A DNA stretch of 64,000 nt, from NCBI GenBank assembly GCA_050253335.1, contig JBFWJG010000003.1, forward strand, positions 14,143 through 78,142, written 5' to 3'. How positions within the stretch are numbered: position 1 is the first letter of the stretch; each line of letters starts with the position of its first letter. A program made the position numbers and the translations under genes. The notes below the pieces were generated by a model, which saw nothing but the letters and a program-made list of their open reading frames with translations, searched no databases and had not been told where the DNA came from. The DNA is from Deferribacterales bacterium. GTDB taxonomy: Bacteria > Chrysiogenota > Deferribacteres > Deferribacterales > Geovibrionaceae. Of this stretch, positions 1 through 7,924 are shown piece after piece.

Positions 1-1793
1 AGACATTCGTCACATCAAACATAAGCGGCTTCTGCACAAACGGATATGTGAGCTGTACACCGGGCACATGGAACAACTGCAAATACTTTGAATTCGGCGT
101 TAAGCATAAATGCGAGAACAGCGGCGCAACATATGACACTTACCGGGAGTGCAATACTTCCTGCGGCGGAGTCTGCACACCTGCGGACAATAAAGTCACG
201 GCAACACAGAGACCTGTGACTGAAATGCGTCATGCAGGGGGTTGCTACTGCGCCAACGCATCCTGCGGAAGCTCATTCAATGCAACGTTTCAGCAGTCAC
301 TCGGCTATTTCGGTGGCGGAATCAGCGCGCACCTGATGAATGAGCTTGGAGTAGTCATATCCGACACCAAAATTGATGTGACCACACTGTCTGTAAAATA
401 CCTCGGCGCGTCCGCCACATCATGCGCAGGAGCACAGGAGAATGTGGAAGGTCTGAAGCGTTTTTATCAGCTCGGAGAAAAGCCTGACGCAAGTGAAGAA
501 CTGCTTAATCAGATGTCAGATCCCGGCAGCAAATACAATACGGTCATGGAGCCGATGACTAACAATGTCAGTAACCATGAATGTGTTATCAGAAGCATCC
601 CTATCGTCAACACGGGAGAAATAGACGAGTTCTGGTGCACACCGGACAGCATCACAACAAAGACAGTCCAGCGAAGCGGCTACAGTGACAGGCAGCTCAC
701 TCAGCATTATCAGTGCATCGACAATGACGGTGACGGCCGCGGTGAAACCATGCGCTATAAGCTGGACTGTTCCAATCAGGGAGAAAGCTACGGCAGATGC
801 GACAATGAATCATCAAACGGCTGGCAGTCGGTATCACTCAATTCATATCCGGGCGGTGATCAGAACTCCGGCGCAAAAGTTAATATACGCTGGGGCTCCG
901 GCGGGGGAACTGACACTGCGCAGCTCCTGTATAACATCACTTGCTCTGAGTCCCTGTGTCAGCTTAAACACTGGGTACATGCAGGTTCCTACGGCACTTC
1001 AAACAACGCTCTGACCACGATGACCCTTTCATCAATCCGGGAAGAACTCCTGACAGTCTCAAGAAATGACACATGCACAGCTTATGCCGAGGATCCGGAC
1101 TGCCGTTTGTATGAGGAGGAGATAAACGGCACAGACACCGTATCAAACTACCTGGCCACAGGCATGATGTTCCAGAGCAAATGCACGGAGGTTTCAGGGA
1201 ACTCCGGCAAATATATCGTATGCGACTACGGAGACAGATTTGATGTCACCGGGGCATCAATGAGCTTCATCACAGCAGATGGGGTTCAGAGGTATGCTGA
1301 CCCATCCGTATATACCATTTCAAGCCGTAATGACGGAATGGAATACTTTGAGATTAAGCGCACATACACATGCGAAACAGACACAGAATTTGACTTCTCC
1401 GGAGCGAAAGCACAAGGCGACATGATCGGCAGCACAATTAACAGGGATACGGGTGATTTCAATTATCTGGTAGACGGGCAGACAAACTCAGGCAATGTGA
1501 AAATAGACACAGACGGGTATGACTCATGTACATACTCATGCGTTGTCCAGACAGAAAATCAGGACACAGAGGTGTTCCCGGATCAGGAGACCCGCCGGAC
1601 GACAGCAGACATCGTAACCGAAGAGCGCCCCTGCGGTGTGGACAGAAACACTGCTGAACGCACCTGCCCATATGACTCACTCACGGAATCAATTATCAAA
1701 GACTGCACATGCACCAGCGCATTCAATCAGGTCATTGCCGGTTTCGGCATTGTATCGGATGCAGTTAAAGACATGATTTGCAGCGGAGATTAA
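1..1793 (+). CDS. traN: Conjugal transfer mating-pair stabilisation protein TraN (5'-truncated by window edge)
   Basis: Frame is open from position 3. Cys-rich protein with C-terminal 'FNQVIAGFGIVSDAVKDMICS' tail, lying upstream of traH-traG as in F-type T4SS. Confidence 0.7.
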   Translation, partial: TFVTSNISGFCTNGYVSCTPGTWNNCKYFEFGVKHKCENSGATYDTYRECNTSCGGVCTPADNKVTATQRPVTEMRHAGGCYCANASCGSSFNATFQQSLGYFGGGISAHLMNELGVVISDTKIDVTTLSVKYLGASATSCAGAQENVEGLKRFYQLGEKPDASEELLNQMSDPGSKYNTVMEPMTNNVSNHECVIRSIPIVNTGEIDEFWCTPDSITTKTVQRSGYSDRQLTQHYQCIDNDGDGRGETMRYKLDCSNQGESYGRCDNESSNGWQSVSLNSYPGGDQNSGAKVNIRWGSGGGTDTAQLLYNITCSESLCQLKHWVHAGSYGTSNNALTTMTLSSIREELLTVSRNDTCTAYAEDPDCRLYEEEINGTDTVSNYLATGMMFQSKCTEVSGNSGKYIVCDYGDRFDVTGASMSFITADGVQRYADPSVYTISSRNDGMEYFEIKRTYTCETDTEFDFSGAKAQGDMIGSTINRDTGDFNYLVDGQTNSGNVKIDTDGYDSCTYSCVVQTENQDTEVFPDQETRRTTADIVTEERPCGVDRNTAERTCPYDSLTESIIKDCTCTSAFNQVIAGFGIVSDAVKDMICSGD

Positions 1794-1805
1794 TGGAGGA
1801 CAGAT

Positions 1806-2528
1806 ATGTATAATCTGCTTAAAAAACTTCAGGAAGAACAACCGGAGTTCATAACGGCAAAGATTGCTGATTGCAGTACCGTTTATAACAGTCTGTGCCG
1901 TTATGCACGGGAAATATCATATAAATCAGAAGCAGCAGTAAATATCTTTGAGGTCAATGCAACAGATGCCCCGCAGTTTGCTGACAAATCATGGCTGGAG
2001 CTTCTGACATCATCAAATGACAGGACAAGAAATGCGGTGCTCGAAGCCATGAATAATCCGGACTACTACTTCACATCAGTAAAGAAGGGCATTGCATATA
2101 AAAGAGTCGGTCAACATCTTATCGTGTCTGACGGTTGCCATTACAAAACAGCAGTGGCCAAGGCTGTACTTTTCAGAGCCGGAAAGTACAACTTCAAAGG
2201 TGTTGACCTTACTGACTATCTTATTGATTTTTCAATGGCAGAATCTCACAGATATTTACGGAAACTCCTGAATACAAAAGGTCTGTATTTTCCGGACGGT
2301 AAGTCAAAAATCCTGCCCCGCCTATTCTTACGGAGAACCGACATCAAAGAGGGAGTCGGCTGGAGAACAGAAAGATACACACCAGTTATTCAGATAAATA
2401 ATCTGAAAACCGGCGGGAAGATGGATCTCATCACTGCAAAAGATGTGCTAGATCTCATATCTGAACTGCACTCAAGCCCGATTCTCCGGAGATTCCGTTC
2501 AAACAGCTACGCAAAGTTTCTGCGCTGA
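1806..2528 (+). CDS. Hypothetical protein in tra operon, weak ParB/Srx-like 'DGxH' motif
   Basis: 240 aa ORF with GGAGG RBS, 12 bp after traN; motif IVSDGCHYKT. Confidence 0.6.
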   Translation: MYNLLKKLQEEQPEFITAKIADCSTVYNSLCRYAREISYKSEAAVNIFEVNATDAPQFADKSWLELLTSSNDRTRNAVLEAMNNPDYYFTSVKKGIAYKRVGQHLIVSDGCHYKTAVAKAVLFRAGKYNFKGVDLTDYLIDFSMAESHRYLRKLLNTKGLYFPDGKSKILPRLFLRRTDIKEGVGWRTERYTPVIQINNLKTGGKMDLITAKDVLDLISELHSSPILRRFRSNSYAKFLR

Positions 2529-2577
2529 TTCTCAATCCCGAACCTCCTTAGCCATTTATATGGTAAGGAGGTTCAAT

Positions 2578-3921
2578 ATGCTTCAAAAAACTATTTCAGC
2601 ACTTCTCTTACTTCTCATTTCAGCCTCTGCCCACGCAAACTGGGTAGAGGACTGGTTTGACACCATGAACACAACAAGCTCCAGCTCATACCAAGGGCAG
2701 GAACGGGGCTTTGCTACGGCGGGCGGCTTTCAGGCACGTATGCGGGTGAAAACGGATAACCTTATGACTATCTCCCCTCCGCGCTTCAATATCGGCTGCG
2801 GCGGGATCGACATCTTCATGGGAGGTTTCAGCTTTCTCAACGCTGATTACATGGTTGATAAATTCGAACGTATCATCCGCATGGCTCCGGCTCTGGCGTT
2901 TCAAGTGGCGTTAAACGAACTGTCCTCAACAATCAGCGAAAAGGTCGAAGGCATGGAGCAGATCATGAACGCCCTGAATGCCCTTCAGCTTGACGAATGC
3001 CAGGCGGCGAAGGGAATAGTAAACTTTGCGGCAGATATGTACAAGTCGGGGCCTACTGAGGCGATAGGAGCAGTGGCAAAGAATGTTGAGACCGGTGTTT
3101 CAAATCTTTTTACTTCAGCAAAAAAAGATGCCTCAGATAAACCCGGAGAAACAGTTAAGAAATCTATGAACTCGTTACCTGCAACACTAAAAGCAGAGCT
3201 CCTGAAACCCGGCAGTATGCTCAAAAACATCGGTGACAAGTTCGGCCTCTCAACAAACGAAGTTAATCAGTTCCGCGCCTTGGTAGGAGATGTGAACATC
3301 AGGCTCACTGACGATGATTTCAGCATGGCATACGAGCCGGGATGCAGCGAGGCAACCTATGAAGCCCTTGTGGAAGAAACGCCCTATTCCAAGACATTAT
3401 CAGGCACATGCTTTGAGTCAGGAGGAGACAACCTTGAAGATAAGGTCAGCAAGATACTTGATTCTCTGGAAAACAAAATAGCTCTGAACCGCTCAGCTCC
3501 GGCTTCAGCTAATGAAGCATATTTTCTGGGAACTGTTCCGTACCCCATCAAATACATTCTGAACATCGCCAATAAATACGGAAGCTCACAGGTTACCACA
3601 GTGAAGGATAGCCTCCGGACTCCGGCGGCCTATGCCTTCGCATACGGCATATTCAGCAACATGCTTTACAACCTTCAGGATCTGCTTATCGAGTATCAGT
3701 CCATGATTAAAAGTGCCGGAAAAGACAACGGCATAACTCATGGCGAAGCCCTCAAAGAGCTTTTGAAGGTCGTTGAAATGAAACAGGACGAAGCATATAA
3801 AGCATATGCGATGAATACAAATAAAATGGCTAAGGTTTACACTCTGCTTCAGAACTACAGCGATACCGACAAAATGATCAATGAAGTCCTCAAAAGATAC
3901 GGATTTCACAGACGTGAATAG
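2578..3921 (+). CDS. traH: Conjugal transfer pilus assembly protein TraH
   Basis: Signal peptide; 'PPRFNIGCGGIDIFMGGFSFLN' TraH signature; AAGGAGG RBS before ATG 2578. Confidence 0.9.
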   Translation: MLQKTISALLLLLISASAHANWVEDWFDTMNTTSSSSYQGQERGFATAGGFQARMRVKTDNLMTISPPRFNIGCGGIDIFMGGFSFLNADYMVDKFERIIRMAPALAFQVALNELSSTISEKVEGMEQIMNALNALQLDECQAAKGIVNFAADMYKSGPTEAIGAVAKNVETGVSNLFTSAKKDASDKPGETVKKSMNSLPATLKAELLKPGSMLKNIGDKFGLSTNEVNQFRALVGDVNIRLTDDDFSMAYEPGCSEATYEALVEETPYSKTLSGTCFESGGDNLEDKVSKILDSLENKIALNRSAPASANEAYFLGTVPYPIKYILNIANKYGSSQVTTVKDSLRTPAAYAFAYGIFSNMLYNLQDLLIEYQSMIKSAGKDNGITHGEALKELLKVVEMKQDEAYKAYAMNTNKMAKVYTLLQNYSDTDKMINEVLKRYGFHRRE

Positions 3922-3923
3922 CC

Positions 3924-6900
3924 ATGCAGCTTGATTATTATGTATATGGAGACTTTCAGTCGGTAGTAAACGCATTCCACATGGTTGCGAACCTGTTCAG
4001 TAATCACACCTATCAGAGCTGGTTCACTGTTGTGATGCTGCTCACCATTGCGGCATTCGCGTTTCAGGCAACGGCAGAAAGGATTTTCGGCGCAAAGGCT
4101 TCTGATGCCATATGGATTAAAAGGGTAATGATAGGCACTGTCCTGTACAGCATATTTATGGTTCCCACAATTACGCTTCATATCTATGACCCTTTTAAGA
4201 ACAAGTATGAAGCAGTCGGCGGCATCCCTGCCGGAGTGGGTTTAATAGCAGGAATGACCAGCGGTTTCACACGGGAGATTTCAGAGCTGATAGAGACTGC
4301 CGGAAGCCCTATTATACACATTGATGATATAGGATTCGGCAACGGCTATGAAATGCTGTCCGCTACTTCTGCCCTCGGTTCAATAGGTCTTTCGCAGGAT
4401 CAGTATCTCACAAGGACACTGGCGGATTACTTTGACAAATGTATTATTCAGATGAATGCCTCCGGAGACCTAGACTTTGATGCTCTGTGGAACGGCAACG
4501 GTAAAACAATTCTTGAGAATATCGCAACGGATTACCGGATATTCTCAAGCACGGTGTGGACATCCGCCAATCCCGGCGGCGCATTGTTTCAGTGCGCCGA
4601 TGCCTATCAGCATATAGTCACCCAACTTACACAGCCCGCCCGTGTAGATAAGGCGTTCAGGGTGTTTTGCAGCAAAGTTAACTACAATCCGACAGATGCC
4701 ACAGAGTTCATGATGTGCCGTCAGAAGTTCAGAGGTGTTTACGAGGCATTCAGCACACCTGAAGGATTCGGATATAACGAAACAAGCCTGTTTGCGTCCG
4801 CCGTGGTTGCGGAAATGTATCTGACTGACGGCTTAAATGCCGGAGTTGAGCGGGCAAAAGAGATAGCCCGCAGTATGGCCACAGCGAGTGATGCAGTGAG
4901 CGGAGCAATGGCAGCGGACTTCATGCCGATGATTCAGGGAATGGTGGCCACAATCCTCATATCCCTATTCGTTATTGTGGCCTTGCTCATGTACGTTGCG
5001 CCAATGGATGCCTTCAAGTTCTATTTCGGTCTCTGGATCTGGTTTCTCACATGGGTTCTGGTTGACGTGGTGATCAATATGCAGGTTCAGAACTATGCTT
5101 ATGAGGTATTCCGGGAGATACGTGAGACAAGTCTGAGCCTCACGACCATGTTCAGTATAGGCGACAGGTCAGCGCAGGTTCTTGGTTGGTACAGTAAGGC
5201 AAGATGGATGAGCATGACCATAGCCTCCATGATGACTTACGGCATATTCAAGTTCGGCGGCGGCGCGGCATTCGCAAGCTTCGCAGGGGCACTCGGCGCA
5301 AGCTACTCCGGTCAGGCGGCAAGTCAGGGCGCACAGATAGGCGCACCCGGCGGAGAGGCGGCGCAGTATAAGAAGACACTGGATGACCTTTCAATGGTTC
5401 CCGCAACGACTATGGGAGCAGTGAATTCAAGGCAGTGGTATCAGTCTGCATCAACAATGAGATCATCTGAAATAGGGCAGACTATAGGTCAGGGCGAGAG
5501 TCTGGCCACAGAAGCCGCTAAAAACTTCGGAGGTAATGCAATGGATCTCGGAAGAATGATCGGCAGCGGCGCGGCTTACAATCAAATCAAAAGTGGTCAT
5601 TCCGCAGCCCAGCTTGAGGACGCAGGTTATGATGCTGAACGTGTTGCTTCCGGAGAAACCTACAACACCATGGGCAACACCGGAGCGGCGGAAGGTTCCA
5701 GAGCCGTTGAAAAAGAAAACGGGCTTAATGATGGAGAACTTCTTGCAACCGGCGGAGTCGGCAGGAACCTGAAGTATTTCACTGACGCAAAATTCCGTGA
5801 AAACGAAGCCAATGAATCCGGAGAAAGCCTTCTGGCTGAATACCAGAAAGAATCCAACATAAGGACTGTCGCAACTGATGACGGCATACTCCACTACGGA
5901 AAAGCACCTGAAGGCGCAGTTGTCAGCAGTGATCTGCGCTCCGGTGAAACCGGCTCACACTCTTTCTTCAACCAGAAAGTCAATGTGGACGGCAAGGAAC
6001 TCACACTCTCCGGGGAAGCTTCACAGCGTGGCGGTCAGCTCACTGTGAACGGAACAGACGAACACGGTAACGCTTACTCAATCTCCGGACTCGGCAGCAT
6101 GAATGATGACGGCATCGACTTCTCGGCAACTTCCAGATTTGTTCAGTCAAAAGAAGAATCCATGCGGGGAACAATGTTCAGCGGCTTCATTGACACTGAC
6201 GGTGACGGCAAAGGTGACCGCTACACAGACATAAGCTTTGATACCGCAACAGGACTCATCACAGCCCGGCGTGACGGCAAGAACTTCACTTTCAAAGGCG
6301 ATATTTCCGACTATGACGCTGAAAACAAGATGATTTCCATCTCTCCCGGTAGTGAAGTATCATGGACGGCTCAGTATAAGGATGTTCAGGTTCGGACAAC
6401 AGACGGCAAGTATGTCAGTCTGGTTGGAACAGTCGAAGCATCCGGAACAGGTATGCCGGGCGATAACTCAATGATCCGCCTGAAGGGACAAACCTCAGAC
6501 GGCTTCATGGCGAACATCGAGGGCAAAGGAAACGTTCTCCGCGCCGCCCATGGTGACGGTCATGTCCTCAACGGTCTTGCCTCAGTTTCCCGACTGGAGA
6601 AAACAGCCACCAAGGACACACATACCAGAGAAAGCGATGTGGACGAAAAGATCCAGAGAACGGAAGATACCGTTGAAAAGAAATTCGTCCGTGCAACCAC
6701 AGAAAGCTATGTTGATGACACTCAGGTTAAAGGTCTGGCAGCGGTCATGAACAATCCGTATCTGGCGCAAAGAGTCGTTAATGCAAAAGATAAGGAAAGT
6801 ATTGCCGAAGCATCAATACAGACGGCTCAGGCAATTGCTCCCAATCTGCCTACATCGCTTAAATATAGTGTGTCTGATACTGAAACCGAACAAAATGTAA

Positions 6901-7337
6901 TGAAGGGCGGTATATCTGGACAAGGCTCTGCAACTACTAAACTTGGCAAGGGGGAAAATCAAGCTTCAGGCGGAGTAGGAATTAACGCTGGCATGGAGCT
7001 TCAAAAAATAACAGAACATAAGGAAGGCACATCTCAAGATAAGGATCCTCACGTTACAGGGCTTGCATCAACAATATACAGCGCAAGGCTCAGAGCTGAT
7101 GAGCTGGTTGCTGACGGTAAGATAGAACAGAATGATGTTGATGACTATATTGCAAGTCGCATCACTGACTATGCAAAAGAAACGACACAAGGTGTTACCG
7201 GTATAAAAAATGAGCGTTATATCCCTGATTATGCCAGTGGAAACAATCCGTCAATGCACGATAACAACGATATTTGGAACACTGCTACAGGTAAAGCTTT
7301 CAAAACTGCCAAAGAGGGTTTTGAAACAGAAAAATAA
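3924..7337 (+). CDS. traG: Conjugal transfer protein TraG (F-type; TraG_N membrane domain plus long hydrophilic C-terminus)
   Basis: 'YYVYGDFQSVVNAFHMVA' TraG_N start, multiple TM segments, directly after traH. Confidence 0.88.
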   Translation: MQLDYYVYGDFQSVVNAFHMVANLFSNHTYQSWFTVVMLLTIAAFAFQATAERIFGAKASDAIWIKRVMIGTVLYSIFMVPTITLHIYDPFKNKYEAVGGIPAGVGLIAGMTSGFTREISELIETAGSPIIHIDDIGFGNGYEMLSATSALGSIGLSQDQYLTRTLADYFDKCIIQMNASGDLDFDALWNGNGKTILENIATDYRIFSSTVWTSANPGGALFQCADAYQHIVTQLTQPARVDKAFRVFCSKVNYNPTDATEFMMCRQKFRGVYEAFSTPEGFGYNETSLFASAVVAEMYLTDGLNAGVERAKEIARSMATASDAVSGAMAADFMPMIQGMVATILISLFVIVALLMYVAPMDAFKFYFGLWIWFLTWVLVDVVINMQVQNYAYEVFREIRETSLSLTTMFSIGDRSAQVLGWYSKARWMSMTIASMMTYGIFKFGGGAAFASFAGALGASYSGQAASQGAQIGAPGGEAAQYKKTLDDLSMVPATTMGAVNSRQWYQSASTMRSSEIGQTIGQGESLATEAAKNFGGNAMDLGRMIGSGAAYNQIKSGHSAAQLEDAGYDAERVASGETYNTMGNTGAAEGSRAVEKENGLNDGELLATGGVGRNLKYFTDAKFRENEANESGESLLAEYQKESNIRTVATDDGILHYGKAPEGAVVSSDLRSGETGSHSFFNQKVNVDGKELTLSGEASQRGGQLTVNGTDEHGNAYSISGLGSMNDDGIDFSATSRFVQSKEESMRGTMFSGFIDTDGDGKGDRYTDISFDTATGLITARRDGKNFTFKGDISDYDAENKMISISPGSEVSWTAQYKDVQVRTTDGKYVSLVGTVEASGTGMPGDNSMIRLKGQTSDGFMANIEGKGNVLRAAHGDGHVLNGLASVSRLEKTATKDTHTRESDVDEKIQRTEDTVEKKFVRATTESYVDDTQVKGLAAVMNNPYLAQRVVNAKDKESIAEASIQTAQAIAPNLPTSLKYSVSDTETEQNVMKGGISGQGSATTKLGKGENQASGGVGINAGMELQKITEHKEGTSQDKDPHVTGLASTIYSARLRADELVADGKIEQNDVDDYIASRITDYAKETTQGVTGIKNERYIPDYASGNNPSMHDNNDIWNTATGKAFKTAKEGFETEK

Positions 7338-7359
7338 TTGACAAAAGGAGAATTAAAAC

Positions 7360-7387
7360 TTGAGAATATGCTCAAACAGGCTATAAT
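7360..7387 (+). promoter_or_regulatory. Sigma70-type promoter for the first small gene
   Basis: TTGAGA (7360-7365), 16-bp spacer, TATAAT (7382-7387), upstream of AGGAG RBS. Confidence 0.6.
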
Positions 7388-7407
7388 TAAGGTATAGGAG
7401 ATGTGTC

Positions 7408-7605
7408 ATGTGGGTTATAGGATTAATCGTTTTGGCAGCGTTCATTGCTTTCTTGGTTTTTACCCCTCCGATGAAAGCAGAAACTGCTGAAAAATTACTC
7501 GAAAAAAATAATGAACCTGATGATTTCCATAATGATGGTGGAGTCAAATGGTTACAAGACTCTTCCAGAGAGTTATACACCAATCCTTTTTATAGAGGAG
7601 ATTGA
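7408..7605 (+). CDS. Small single-TM protein, candidate entry exclusion protein (copy 1)
   Basis: 65 aa, N-terminal TM helix, AGGAG RBS, immediately downstream of traG. Confidence 0.6.
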   Translation: MWVIGLIVLAAFIAFLVFTPPMKAETAEKLLEKNNEPDDFHNDGGVKWLQDSSRELYTNPFYRGD

Positions 7606-7612
7606 ACACCCC

Positions 7613-7640
7613 AGCCGGAGCTAAAAACTCCGGCTTTTTT
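7613..7640 (+). terminator. Rho-independent terminator between cassette 1 and 2
   Basis: agccggag-ctaaaaa-ctccggct plus T tract. Confidence 0.8.
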
Positions 7641-7652
7641 AGGAGATGTATC

Positions 7653-7889
7653 ATGTGGGTTATAGGATTAATCGTTTTGGCAGCGTTCATTGCTTTCTTG
7701 GTTTTTACACCTCCGATGAAGGCAGAAACTGCTGAAAAACTGGCTAAAGATTTGGAAAATAATTCTGACAACAATGCCAATAAGAATTTGTCCGGTAATT
7801 TTGGGTATGATGCTTTACAAAACTACAATGAAACACGCACAAACCCAGCCTACAGCTATCTCTCCGATAACATCCACTACAAAGACTAA
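7653..7889 (+). CDS. Small single-TM protein, candidate entry exclusion protein (copy 2)
   Basis: 78 aa from ATG 7653 with AGGAG RBS; first 30 aa identical to copy 1; different C-terminus ending TNPAYSYLSDNIHYKD. Confidence 0.6.
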   Translation: MWVIGLIVLAAFIAFLVFTPPMKAETAEKLAKDLENNSDNNANKNLSGNFGYDALQNYNETRTNPAYSYLSDNIHYKD

Positions 7890-7896
7890 CCATCCT

Positions 7897-7924
7897 AGCC
7901 GGAGCTAAAAACTCCGGCTTTTTT
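7897..7924 (+). terminator. Rho-independent terminator after cassette 2
   Basis: Hairpin identical to 7613-7640 plus T tract; abuts the stop codon of the convergent helicase. Confidence 0.8.

Larger units (their letters stand above)
7395..7924 (+). repeat. Two tandem cassettes: ~100-bp near-identical RBS/N-terminal segment, variable region, identical terminator
   Basis: taggagatgt(g/a)tcatgtgggttatagg...gctgaaaaa at 7395 and 7640; agccggagctaaaaactccggcttttt at 7613 and 7897. Confidence 0.95.

Noticed and set aside
7602..7652. N-terminal extension of the 95-aa ORF
   Set aside because: It runs through the terminator hairpin; the ATG at 7653 has the RBS and matches copy 1.
7395..7924. Integron cassette array or type I toxin-antitoxin repeats
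   Set aside because: No attC core sites or integrase are visible, the shared part is coding sequence plus terminator, and no antisense RNA signals are evident.
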